Shown one piece after another: positions 1 to 19,329 of a stretch of 64,000 nucleotides of DNA. Made by a program: the position numbers and the translations under genes. The stretch lies in contig NIVC01002179.1 of NCBI GenBank assembly GCA_002269645.1, positions 131,275-195,274 of the forward strand. Direction: 5' to 3'. Under the pieces are notes generated by a model. It was given only the letters and a program-made list of their open reading frames with translations. It was not told the DNA's origin and ran no database searches. Each line of letters starts with the position of its first letter. Position 1 is the stretch's first letter. The DNA comes from Macrostomum lignano. Taxonomy: Eukaryota.

Positions 1-37
<37 letters not shown>

Positions 38-38
38 C

Positions 39-89
<51 letters not shown>

Positions 90-92
90 CTA

Positions 93-141
<49 letters not shown>

Positions 142-158
142 CTAAGACAGACAGACAC

Positions 159-209
<51 letters not shown>

Positions 210-210
210 C

Positions 211-261
<51 letters not shown>

Positions 262-264
262 CTA

Positions 265-328
<64 letters not shown>

Positions 329-355
329 GACAGACAGACAGGCAGACAGACAGGC

Positions 356-396
<41 letters not shown>

Positions 397-413
397 CTAA
401 GACAGACAGACAC

Positions 414-464
<51 letters not shown>

Positions 465-481
465 CTAAGACAGACAGACAC

Positions 482-528
<47 letters not shown>

Positions 529-529
529 C

Positions 530-584
<55 letters not shown>

Positions 585-587
585 CTA

Positions 588-680
<93 letters not shown>

Positions 681-683
681 GGC

Positions 684-744
<61 letters not shown>

Positions 745-747
745 GGC

Positions 748-802
<55 letters not shown>

Positions 803-803
803 A

Positions 804-850
<47 letters not shown>
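1..850. repeat. (GACA)n microsatellite with CTAA and GGCA interruptions
   Basis: Direct reading; the SVCL-repeat ORFs are its translation. Confidence 0.98.
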
Positions 851-1125
851 GAATTTAGTATAGGAGGATACATAAATTTCTTTATTGAAGTGTTTTTCCG
901 ATGAAAAATGAAACATATTGTAGAAATAATTAAATATTACCAGTTTTTTAGAGGCTTAATTTTTGTTTTAAGATCAGCAGTCATAGTAAAACTCAGATTT
1001 TGCCAATTTTCAGCACGTTAGAGCAGAATTGTTTATGTATAAAGCGCCACGATGCGTTGTTCATGCAATACTCGTAAAGCTACGAGCCATCTGAGACTTA
1101 GCTTAGAAAACTACGCAGTAAGTAG

Positions 1126-2631
1126 TCACAGAATAGTGTACAAGTGTAGACTTCTATCATTCCGATCTGCCACACAAAGCAGCAGCCCTTCTTCTGTGTC
1201 ACTGGGCAGCACAGACAGACTGTGCGGACCTGCCAGGCCAGGGCCGGATTCTCCCTCACCGTCGAGGGTCTCCAGAATCGCCCCGTCACTGGCCAGAACT
1301 CTGACAGCGGCCTCCTTGTAATCGCAGACGAGAGTGAGGCCATAGTTCTGCGCAACAGCCACGTCTGAAGGGTAGTTGAAGGCTCGCACACCGGACCTGG
1401 CGGTCGGATAAGACGACCTGAGGTATCCACTGATAGTGCTAATCTTGTGTACCTGGCCTTTGCCAAAATCTGTTAGCAATATTGTGGTATCTTGTACGGC
1501 TAGGCTTTCCAGGACCCTGCAACGTGTTTCATAGAATGACTCAAGGCCGATGACAGTCTGCAGCTCGCCACGCTTGCTGTCCAATCCGTAGATTCTTCTG
1601 TTTTGCTGATCCAGGAAGTAAACTTTGTCTCCGGTTCCGCATGGGCCACACAAGTAGCCTAAAGGATGCCCCAAACTGTCTTGGTCGATCACTCGTACAA
1701 CACAACCGCTCAGGTCTGTCACAGAGATCGTACGCTGCTGCGCAACGTACAGCAGTTGCTGGTTACAGTCGCAGTAAAGTCCGCTAACAAACATTGACCA
1801 ATCGATTTTGCTGAAACACTTCAACCTAGTTTTACCATCAGGTGAGAACACAAACAAGTGATCTGCTTTTGGAAATTCAGCCGACACAAATATGCACAGT
1901 CTAGGCAGCGGCGCGGTGCTTGAGCTGCGGGAATCAGCCTTCACCACGCGACCAGATGAGTCGGAGGCGAAGCCAGCGGTGTTGGTGCATGACGTCACCC
2001 ATACGGGATTGCCTTCGAGGTTGTCAATTTTGCGTACAAAAGTGCAAAGAGATTTTGGTTTGACGCAAGAGGACTCGCACAGCTTCATAACGTCCCCGAA
2101 CTGCCTGTCGATGCTCAGCTGCAGGTCTCTCAGAGCTCCGCAAACGTCGCCCAGCTCTAATCGTCCTTCAGCCACCGCGTCCTCGAGATCACTGCACTGC
2201 AGCTCCATGCGAGAGGACAGCTCAAATACGCCTCGAAGGTCGCTGGCGCTCTCCCCCGCTGCTATCGAGCTGTCGAACTCCTGCAGCACTGCAAAGTCGC
2301 TCAGCTTCTGCCTTGCTGCGTCAGTTCTGGCAGTGAGTCGACTCGTCACAGCTTCCTTGTGCTTCATCAGCGACTCAATAGCGGCATTAAGCAGATCCTC
2401 AGCCACCTGCAGCTCCGCTTCCAACACCTGCACGTCCGTTCGCAGACAGTCGCGGACGAGCCTCAGAGGTTGCAGCCTGGCCTGAACTCTGGCGTGAAGT
2501 TCGCGCACTCTGTCGGAGTCTCGGTCCAGGTGTCTCTGGCACAGAGGCTGCAATGTCTGAGCTCCGGTGCCAGCAGCCGCTGCTTTGCAGGTGCCCATGG
2601 AGCAGATGCGGGATTGAACGGCCTCGGTCAT
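1126..2631 (-). CDS. Intronless TRIM-NHL-like protein (degenerate B-box-like N-terminus, coiled coil, NHL-type beta-propeller), 501 aa, no RING seen
   Basis: N-terminal C-x4-C...CQRH, a helical coiled-coil region, then NHL-like blades (FNYPSDVAV, GLAGPHSLSV, LCVADRNDRSLHLY). Family assignment from motif recognition. Confidence 0.75.
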   Translation of the reverse strand: MTEAVQSRICSMGTCKAAAAGTGAQTLQPLCQRHLDRDSDRVRELHARVQARLQPLRLVRDCLRTDVQVLEAELQVAEDLLNAAIESLMKHKEAVTSRLTARTDAARQKLSDFAVLQEFDSSIAAGESASDLRGVFELSSRMELQCSDLEDAVAEGRLELGDVCGALRDLQLSIDRQFGDVMKLCESSCVKPKSLCTFVRKIDNLEGNPVWVTSCTNTAGFASDSSGRVVKADSRSSSTAPLPRLCIFVSAEFPKADHLFVFSPDGKTRLKCFSKIDWSMFVSGLYCDCNQQLLYVAQQRTISVTDLSGCVVRVIDQDSLGHPLGYLCGPCGTGDKVYFLDQQNRRIYGLDSKRGELQTVIGLESFYETRCRVLESLAVQDTTILLTDFGKGQVHKISTISGYLRSSYPTARSGVRAFNYPSDVAVAQNYGLTLVCDYKEAAVRVLASDGAILETLDGEGESGPGLAGPHSLSVLPSDTEEGLLLCVADRNDRSLHLYTIL

Positions 2632-2909
2632 GACTGGCAGAGGCTTGAAAAGATGAGAAAGATGCAGTGATTGATCAATGTGCTCACTAAAAGCTCAATA
2701 ATATTATACAGCTACATGTATAGGGAAAAAGACCAAGTTGTAGACGATAAAAACAAGAACATAAACATTTATAGAGTAACAGAAGCACTTTTTATTTAAG
2801 ATGCAATGCAAAATGCAAGTGGCTTATTAGAATAATGCATTTATCCAGCCAAAACATTAAAATAGGATAATATCAATGAAGCAATGTGTTGGATCCAGAG
2901 CGAGAGTTT

Positions 2910-3827
2910 CTACATGACTTTGCAAGCTGACCCAGTGGTCAATCGAAAGATGCTGACAGATCGTCCGTGGTATTGGCAAACAGCCAGAAGCTCGGAATTG
3001 CCTTCAACGATGGCTAAGCCTCGCGGATTGTTTAGCTTGTTTTCTGCTGAGCCAGCCTCACCCTCGACTCCGACAGTCTGCAGCACAGTGCCGTCACTTC
3101 GCATCACACGAACCACATGCCTTGAGCTCTCGCTGACGAACAGCAGACATGAGCGATGAGCCGCCACTCCTGCAGGCTCTTGAAGCTTGTCAAGCCGACT
3201 TCTCTGGGTCGGGTGGGTCGAGATCAGCTGACCACTGGCGATGCACACTTTGTAGAGCTTGCTGGCTGGCCAGTCAGTGATCAGCACTGCATTGTCAACT
3301 ACCGACATGTACTTCAGATAAGTGCCGATGCACAGCAGCTTTTGATCTCTGTGAGACTTGCTCAGTATAATTATTTTTCCTGAGCCGCAAGTCATTCCGC
3401 AGTAGTCCACAGACGGTCCGAGACTGCAGGATTTGATCTCCCGCGTCACAATGCCGCCAAGATCTGTCACCGTGAGCGACTGGAAGCTCAAAATGTACAG
3501 AGCCTGGCGTTTGCTGTCACAACTGATTCCCGAGATGGATTTGGAAAAGTCTAAATTGCCTTGTACTTTTAGCTTCACCCAGCCGTCGGTGGAACAGGCC
3601 AGAAGGTAATCTAGTTTGGAATTCGGAGAAAACACGATGAACAGACACGGCTCAGGAAGCTGCTACGCCTCATCAACTGCGGACTCAATCTTCACCACTT
3701 TGCCAGACGCGTCGGCGTAAAATCCCTTGGTGTTGCTGCACGATGCAATGAAAAATGGCTGTCCTGGTAGGTTGTTAATTTCGTTAAGGAACTGGCACAC
3801 CTGACCAGAAGAGCCATGGCGCTGCAT
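2910..3827 (-). pseudogene. Degenerate tandem paralog of the NHL gene (propeller only)
   Basis: From ATG 3827 the frame reads MQRHGSSGQVCQFLNEINNLPGQPFFIASCSNTKGFYADASGKVVK, which aligns to CTFVRKIDNLEGNPVWVTSCTNTAGFASDSSGRVVK of the upstream gene. An in-frame TAG at 3663-3665 interrupts it; it then continues as ORF 2910-3635. One blade is about 18 aa shorter than in the intact gene. Confidence 0.65.
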
Positions 3828-4059
3828 TCTAAATGGTCATCGACTGTGGAGTCACCAGCTCAACGGTTGAGCGTTAAATCTACGTGACGATTCCGCTGAA
3901 ATTTTTGCGGTTTTTTCTTAGAACGTCATGTGCTGTTTGTTATAAGCTACAGATTTGACTTTGCTGACCCAGGAAGGCGCACTTTTGAATGAGTTTCTTT
4001 GATTACTAAACCAGTTTCTTATGCACTTTTTAGCTACCAATTTTATAACGGAAGCCGAG

Positions 4060-4125
4060 CAGGGGTCGGCAAACTCCGGTCACATGCGGCTCGCGAAGCC
4101 TCTCTATCCGGCCCTCGGGGTCCTT
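4060..4125 (+). mobile_element. Possible hAT-type terminal fragment
   Basis: CAGGGGTCGGCAAAC...CACATGCGGCTC resembles hAT/Charlie-type ends; no partner TIR or TSD found. Confidence 0.3.
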
Positions 4126-4747
4126 TGAAACTTTGCAATAGCAATCCCGACCGAGCAAGGTCTATATCTCTTCTCAGCTCCCGTCCTTTTCTGGCCCTGG
4201 CCCATGGGTAAAAATTTTTTTCGACCCGTCCATAAAAGAGACGGAATAAAATAAGCGTTTTAAAAGAAATTTAAAATCTTCGTGTCAATTAACCTGACAA
4301 AGATGCTCTTTGTTTAGATGTGTTATTAACAAAATACTAAGTCAGTGAGTAATGTTTCGCAGGATAATATATCTGAGAACTAGCTCATGAGAAGAGGACG
4401 GTAAAATAGAGCTACAGTGTCTAACATGAGTAAACTGGCATAAGCAGCAATCCTAAAATACTTTCATGTCACAGAAGCTGACAAAGATCACAAAGTTTTA
4501 AATTTGAAATAATAACAAAAATTTCGCTGGAGGTGTAATCAGGGAGACAGGAAGTTTCCACGGAAAGTGAGCTTGTGCATGAGTGTGTGATGCATGTGAT
4601 GGCATGGGCAGGATGTACGATGTTTCTCGTTTAGAAACAGGGAAACTTCCTATCTTGATAATACATTTTTGCAGCAACCTTGGCTACATTTGTAACTGTC
4701 TAGGCGCCAACACAGTTTTCTCCTTCTGCAAAAGGCGCATGCGGAAA

Positions 4748-11368
<6,621 letters not shown>

Positions 11369-13969
11369 GGTTGCTAAGGTGATTTTCTTGTTGGGCGACT
11401 CAAACTTACAGTTGCAGTAATGTCAAACAAAGAAATTTTACAAAATTTATAAAAATCAACAAATGAATTGGAAACTATTCTTTTGCTCATGATTTTTGGT
11501 TAATGAAATAACTGAATTTACGCCAGCGACAATATATATTTTAATATACAAAATATAATAGACAGATACTGTAAATCTGCCTTCTAATTATTTGATTTTT
11601 TATTCTAAAAAACTATTGAGTAATTTATTATCCCCTGAAACATCTAGTTATAACTGCAGTTCAAGTGAAACAAAATATAAGAGGCTGGACATATGGATAT
11701 TAGTATAGTTTCTATTAAGTAGATCCAAAATGTACATACAGAAAGCAAATTAAGAAACTATATTAATGCAATCAATATAAGGTAATAATTTGTATTGCAC
11801 AAATAAGTTAAGTAAGTTTAAAAAATTGATTTATTTGGATCCAATGAGACAAACAGCTATAACCAGTGTTGAAAGCTAAAAAATGCTTAAAATATTATTT
11901 AGCTATATGAGTATATGGTCAATTGTGACTATGTTAAATACATTTTAGTTCATATAGGATAGAAATTTCTTTTTCTGGCTCGAAACCTTTGACTGAGCTT
12001 ACAGCTTTGTTAAATTGTTTTATTTTTCAATTATCACATGCTGAAAATGAATAAATAAATCAAATCAATGTAAATAATTTTAAAAGTAAACATGTCATAA
12101 AATGCTTCACAAAAAATTAAGGAAGTTCCTGATCCATAACGACTGATTTTCGACAATATTTTTGTCTGAGTATGAAGATTGCTCACAATTTTTGGGATCA
12201 CAAAAAACTGCTTTAAAAACAGTGCTTTTACAGTGTTATACTCAGGTTACGCCTGCTGTTCGATTAATTAATAACGAAAATTTATTTTCAAAGCTCATCC
12301 ATCCATAGAATAGCGAAATTATCAACTACTTTATGACAAGCTGAAACATTGATTAAATAAGTTTTTTTGTTTTCTGTTTTTTAAAAACCAAAAAAATTGT
12401 GCTGCCATCTGACATCACATCTCAGACCAGGAAGTGAACAAAATGAACAAACTTTAAATGTCGCCGATTTGTCGAAAATATGACCGTTCAAAAAACCATT
12501 AAATGAGTCTGTAACAACAGAAGGAATTTTAACAAAATTGAAACCTCAATTTCGATATGATTGCGACAGATTCTATATGTTTTTAATTCGCTTAAAAGCT
12601 GTACTGTCTGCTTAAATCTTCTGGCCGAGTTTCTTAAGTTTAATTTAAAATAACAAGCATGTATTATGCTTGCATGATAAGCTGGCCTAAACGACTCATC
12701 AGACCCAACTTCATATTGGAGAAAAATGATTGAAACTTGCAAAACATGTAAATTTCTCAATTGTCCAGCATATTGAAGCGGTTAATATTTGTCTAACTGT
12801 CTAGTAGTTCACGTCCCTTTTAGTATACAGGCACGAGATTAAAAATTGTTCTTGGGCCGCTTTTAAATTACGAGTATAAACCTTCGGGAGCAACAACAAG
12901 TGGAGATTAACACGCATCCAGTTTAACCAGCCAATCGTGCTTAGAGGACCAGGTTTTAAGGCCTCGATATAGAGGTCGTCCAGCCTGCTCAGACTGTCCA
13001 GACTGATATTACGAGCTACATGTACATGTTCGACGATTAACAAATTCTTATCCGGATAAAAGGAACCAAATTGAGAGCAGGCAAAAATATGCCTCCTCGG
13101 TCTAAATTTAACTAACCCTTAATTAGCTCATAAATTCTGCTGTTGTCCAGTTTGTCTTTATCCGTCTGCAACAACCGATAAAAACGCAATTTATAACCAC
13201 AAGCTCAGCTATACATCTTCTGTAGAACATACTTCTCTTTTTATAAAGACAACTAGCTGCTGATGTTATTAGCGGTTCATAGTAAACGACGCGGGACCAT
13301 GCAGTCATTTACAAGGCTCCTAATTTGATTTTGCCCCATGGTTATTCACCTCCATACAATGCATTTACAGTGCATGGATTAGATTGCACCATAGGCAGTT
13401 TCATGTACATGCCTATTCAGAAATACCTGACATTTAATAGGGCATCTTGCTGGGAAGTAATGAGCATAAAATTTTACATTGTACATCTACTTGTATATTC
13501 GGTCTGCGAAAAACTTTTGCAATTGTTCACAATTGTTCTTAAAATCGTTCTTTTGAAATTTTAGTCAACAGTTGCATATGGGGCTCCTATTTTTTGGTTT
13601 TATCTCGGGAAAGAATTGCTACACATAGCAATCACTCTTTACCCCTGGCCTTAAGTAAGATAAGGCTTAAGCCCAAGGCTAGTTTATTTGAAGTTGTGTC
13701 CATGAGCAGTTGTGCACAGCTTCGTAGACAGCGTACTCAGGTGCTGTCAAACCTATCAAGTGGGGTAGTGGCAGTGCTGGATAGTAACTGCGCTCTTCCA
13801 GAGGCAACGCTACAAATGTGAAAACCCTCATTATCTTATGCTGAAAATGTGTCTCTGCTTTCAAATGAGGGTGTTTTAGCAAAGACATAAAGGCAGCTCA
13901 TAGCCACAAGCGGTTTCATTTCGTAGTGCTAGCGTTTCATTCTCAATAAGCAACCCCGCACAGACAGCC

Positions 13970-16900
13970 ATGTCCTGCAACCAGGAGGCCTTCGTCATGC
14001 CCCAGGGCGAGAGCACTTTTGCCAAACGGGTGCGTTCAGAGATGTCCGACCCAGCCAAAGTGGAAGTGTTCGCCGCCTTGAAGCAGAATCTTCGCGACGT
14101 TTGGGTAGACGATTTTAATGACGACATCTATCTGTACAGATTTTTCAAGGCCAGACAGTTCGACCGCGTCCGGACTGAAGAAATGATACGAAATCATTTG
14201 CGTTGGAGGAAAGAATACAAGGCTGATGACCTGCTGGCTAATGGAGGCTTCCAGGTAAGATTGAGATCCTAGAGGAACATGTGCAATTTTATTATAGACC
14301 TGGAGGGTGTGACTTTTGCTTTGGGTGTGTTCATGCCTGATGTCCGGGTCGTTATGTCTCGTCTTTTGTCCCCGTGAGGCGTGGCACTCCAATCTGACGG
14401 CTGCAATTCTTGGGCCCTGCTGTCGCCGTAAGGCATGGAAGCCACACAAGCTGCAACCCGGAGAGAAGTTCACTTGGATGTTGTTTAAGGATGTGCACCA
14501 GGGGGAGCTTTGTTTAAGCTGTGAGCTACGTACATGTAGCGGAAGGTACTGGACGAGACTTTTCGTCAATGTAAAATTTTCGAGCTTTTGCGAAAGAGTC
14601 TTAATTGCTCCCACCGTACATCCGGTAAGCGTGTACCAATGTTTGTCCGTGGGCATGGGCATTATTTCCCCCAACGACCAATTAACCACTAGAAGGTCTT
14701 AATATTTAAAGAAACGCCCATCGATTAACCGCTCAGGAGGCCGAGGTGATCACCCGCTACTATGCCGGCGGCTTCTGCGGCGTGGACAAGGAGGGCCATC
14801 CAGTTTGGTACGAGCCGTCTGGCCTCATCGATCCGCAGGGCCTGGCCAGGTCAGTGACCAGAGAGCATCTGTTGCGCAGTCGGATTTACATCACCGAACG
14901 ATTCGTGCGTCAAATTCTGCCAGAGATGCGTCGGAAGACCGGTCTGCCGCTCTACTCTTGCACTTTTGTGATTGACCTGACCAACTACGGCCGGCGGCAC
15001 CTGTGGGGCCCCGGCCTGGAATTCTATGCCGAGTTCGTGCAAATCTGCGAGCAGAACTATCCGGAAACAATCGGCACTGCGTACATTGTCAATGCGCCGG
15101 CGATTTTTCCAATCGTCTTCAATCTGCTCAAACCGCTGCTACACGTCGAGACGCAGAAGAAGATCAAAGTGCTCGGAAGGAATTATAAACAGGTAAAATA
15201 GTTACAACATCTAATTTGTAATTAATTCTATGAGCAGTACAAGGTGTAAGCAAATATATCCAGACTGTGAAGGGAACAGGGTATATTATTAGAAAGTTAG
15301 TCAATAAAAATATTCGTAACTTCGTTGCTTTTTCAGCCCTGGGTGTTGATACGGAGATTATCCAGAAGTTTAGTTCAAACTCTGTAGCTAAGATTTTAGG
15401 TGAGGCCATTAAAATTTATTCAAACTTAGTAAACTGAATGGTACACGTCACATAAAGTTGTGGTTTCGATTCAAAACTTGACCGGGACTTGGATAATTCT
15501 CGTCGACAGAGTACAGTGCGCTATGTGTTCAGTGTCTGACAAAGAGAAAGTCAGTGAAAATGAGAAACCTGTGTTACGTGTTAACTGTGTAAATTTGCAG
15601 ATCCTTCTCAATGCAATCGACGCTGATGAGCTGCCAAAAATTTTCGGCGGCAATCGCACGGACCCTGACGGAGATCCGCACTGTCGCTCAATGATCTGCT
15701 GGGGCGGCGACGTGCCCAAGCATTACTACTTGAAGCCGAATTATCCGGAACGACTGGTGTCGCAGAGCATCGGACGAAGATCTACGCACCGCGTTGAACT
15801 GAGTGTGCCACCGGCTCCCCAAGCGGGCCAGTGGTGCATCGAATGGGACTTTCTCACCGACGATGGAGATTTGGGATTTGAGATTGTCAGCACTGACGAT
15901 TCTGAGGTGAGAATGAATTACTATTACCATTAAGTGCTTAGAATTTGGGTCGTCTGGTGTGACCAAAGCGTCTTTAAGATACAATCTGGTGTAAGGGATC
16001 CAGAGTGTCATTGTATTGTCTCACTCAGTATCAAAGATTTAAACAGTGGTTTGTTAATTGTAAAACATTGACAAAATAAAGCATCGAGGGTGCAAAGCAT
16101 CGAGGGTGCAAAGCATCGAGGGTGCAAAGCATCGAGGGTGCAAAGCATCGAGGGTGCAAAGCATCGAGGGTGCAAAGCATCGAGGGTGCAAAGCATCGAG
16201 GGTGCAAAGCATCGAGGGTGCAAAGCATCGAGGGTGCAAAGCATCGAGGGTGCAAAGCATCGAGGGTGCAAAGCATTGAGGGTGCAAAGCATCGAGGGTG
16301 TAACGTATCGAGGGAGTAACGAATCGAGGGTGCAAAGCATCGAGGGTGTAACGAATCGAGAGTGTAAAGCATCGAGGGAGTAACGAATCGAGGGTGCAAA
16401 GCATTGAGGGTGTAACGAATCGAGAGTGTAATGAATGCATCGACGGTGTAAAGCATCGAAGGTGCAAAGCGTCGAGGGTGTAACGAATCGAGAGTGTAAT
16501 GAATGCATCGACGGTGTAAAGCATCGAAGGTGCAAAGCATCGAGGGAGTAACGAACCGAGGGTGCAAAGCATCGAGGGTGTAACGAATCGAGAGTGTAAA
16601 GCATCGAGGGAGTAACGAATCGAGGGTGCAAAGCATCGAGGGTGTAACGAATCGAGAGTGTAAAGCATCGAGGGAGTAACGAATCGAGGGTGCAAAGCAT
16701 TGAGGGTGTAACGAACCGAGGGTGCAAAGCATCGAGGGTGTAACGAATCGAGAGTGTAAAGCATCGAGGGAGTAACGAATCGAGGGTGCAAAGCATCGAG
16801 GGTGTAACGAATCGAGAGTGTAAAGCATCGAGGGAGTAACGAATCGAGGGTGCAAAGCATTGAGGGTGTAACGAATCGAGAGTGTAATGAATGCATCGAC

Positions 16901-18025
16901 GGTGTAAAGCATCGAAGGTGCAAAGCGTCGAGGGTGTAAAGCATCGAGGGTGCAAAGCATCGAGGGTGCAAAGCATCGAGGGTGCAAAGTATCGAGGGTG
17001 CAAAGCATCGAGGGTGCAAAACATCGAGGGTACAAAGCATCGAGGGTGCAAAGCATCGAGGGTGCAAAGCATCGAGGGTGCAAAGCATCGAGGGCGCAAA
17101 GCATCGAGGGTGTAACGTATCGAGGGAGTAACGAATCGAGGGTGCAAAGCATCGAGGGTGTAACGTATCGAGGGAGTAACGAATCGAGGGTGCAAAGCAT
17201 CGAGGGTGTAACGAATCGAGAGTGTAATGAATGCATCGACGGTGTAAAGCATCGAAGGTGCAAAGCGTCGAGGGTGTAAAGCATCGAAGGTGCAAAGCGT
17301 CGAGGGTGTAAAGCATCGAAGGTGTAAAGCATTGAGGGTGTAACGAATGGAGGGTGTAAAGATAGTGGGTTGGACTAATTTATGGCATTGAGGTTTCAAA
17401 CTATAATATATAACAAGGGAGTGGAATATCGAGTAAGTGTGTGCAACATCGAGAATATAATACTATATTTAAAGAGAAGCACTAAAGATATGATATATTG
17501 GGGTTGCAGTATCGAGCAGGTTTAGAATGTAGGATCAATTAAGGATTAATTTAGGATCAAATTATCTACATGAAGCTGTGCCGTTAAAGAGAGGCTCACT
17601 CTACACACCCTACGCAGAGTGAGCCACTGGTCGGCTACCGAAGAGTCCACTGCGGCATCTGCCCCTGCTCAGGCGCGGTGGCCTGTCCGCAGTCAGCCGA
17701 CAGCAGGAAGTACACAGTCTGCTTCGACAATGCGTTCAGTAGGATTCGCTCGAAACGATTGCGCTACTTTGTGCACGTCACCGACAAGCCAATCGCCGCC
17801 CTGATGGACACCGACAGCTGCAGGACGGCGGCGGACCTCGCAGCGGGGGCCGATCCCGGGCCGAAGCCTTCGAACGAAACCTGGAAGAGTTTGAGCGCTC
17901 GTCGGAGCAGGACGGCGCTGTTGGGGGCGATTGACGTCCAGATCAGGGCAATTCGTCAGCCGAGCTATTTTTTTCAAACCTTCTGCAATAACTATTTGCC
18001 AACATGGAGCAATATGCATGTATAG
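13970..18025 (+). CDS. SEC14L: SEC14-like lipid-binding protein (CRAL-TRIO + GOLD), 4 exons, about 484 aa
   Basis: Exons 13970-14254, 14737-15192, 15601-15906, 17618-18025, all phase 0. Motifs DDIYLYRFFKARQFD, GVDKEGHPVWYEPSG, EQNYPETIGTAYIVNAPAIF, LPKIFGG, EWDFLTDDGDLGF, FDNAFS. SEC14L2/3/4-type architecture. Confidence 0.9.
16078..17350. repeat. 16-bp minisatellite in SEC14L intron 3
   Basis: Unit GCATCGAGGGTGCAAA with variants GAATCGAGGGTGTAAC. Confidence 0.95.
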
Positions 18026-18770
18026 CACTTGAAGTCAATTTTAAAGTAGAATGTTTCGGTCGGTCTTGAGCGTATTCGACTCGTTGCTGGTTACGCGTCT
18101 TTCTCGTATCATTTCTATTCGGAAATTATGTCAAAATTAATGACGAAATATCCAAGGCAGGGGCGCGTAGTCCCAAAGATTCAATAAAGTTAGTTTTTGT
18201 AATTGAAGTTTCGCGGAAAGTTTGCTTTTAACAATTAAGAAACACGTAGCAATCATTGGGACTTTAGAAACTGTTTATGGCTTTCTGTGTTGCCTCTCCA
18301 ATGGGAAGGCCAGGATTTCTACTAATTGTCAAGCAAGTTTAAAATAAATTAAAATTTAATACAGTCAAACGATGACTGGGTAAAATTTCTTGAAACACTT
18401 CGCTCAAAAATGAGACTTACGTTTCTACTTTCCAACAAGGCACACAAATGGAGGCTGTACCAACGCACAAACTCAAATATATTACTTGTACTGAATCTGA
18501 GTACACTCTGATGTTGTCTGGCATTGCGAATACGCGACATCTTAAAAGCATAAGTTTTGTATTAATGCAAAAATAACTGCAGTTGAGTGGCAACAATTGG
18601 CTACTTGTAAGTAGTTGCATGCGTTTTGACTTTCTTGACATGAAAATTTCCTCAAAAGCGAGGTTATGGAAAATAAGCATGGGCTGTTGCCAAGGTTTCA
18701 TCACAGCTCATCAATATCAGGCAGGGTCACCTGTTGAGTTTACCTTGATGAGAATATCCGTAAGCTTCAC

Positions 18771-19296
18771 TCAGCTGATGCTATTGCCATTCAGCCTGCT
18801 CACGGCTGCTTCAATCTGGAGCACACAGCGCTGCAGACTCTGTGTCAGCGTCATCAGGGACGCGGCTGTAGTGACGATGAGCTTGTCTGACTGCGGGTTG
18901 CTCTGGTTCAGGTCGCTGAGCTGTGGCTGACAAGCCAACTGCTGGTGCAATGTCCAGGAGCTCTGCTGCCAGGCAGTTGGAGACTGTCGTTGAACGGGTT
19001 GCCATGGCTGTTGCTGCTGCTGATGATGCTGCTGCTGCTGCTGCTGCTGCTGATGCTGCTGATGCTGCTGCTGATGCTGCTGCTGCTGATGCTGCTGCTG
19101 CTGATGCTGCTGATGCTGCTGCTGATGCTGCTGCTGCTGATGCTGCTGCTGCTGCTGCTGCTGATGCTGCTGCTGCTGATGATGATGATGCTGGGTTTCA
19201 TCTGTCGATGGCGATCTGTCGCGCCCACGGCAGACGAAAGGCGAGCGCTGCAGCATCTGGTTCAGCGTCTGCACCGACGCGCGCTGCTTGTACAGA

Positions 19297-19329
<33 letters not shown>

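Noticed and set aside
12488-13888. Short ORFs between divergent MAP10 and SEC14L
   Set aside because: AT-rich, no homology recognised; probably intergenic or promoter DNA
16008-17399. 420-463-aa LDALHPRCFAPSM ORFs
   Set aside because: The 16-bp array lies antisense within SEC14L intron 3
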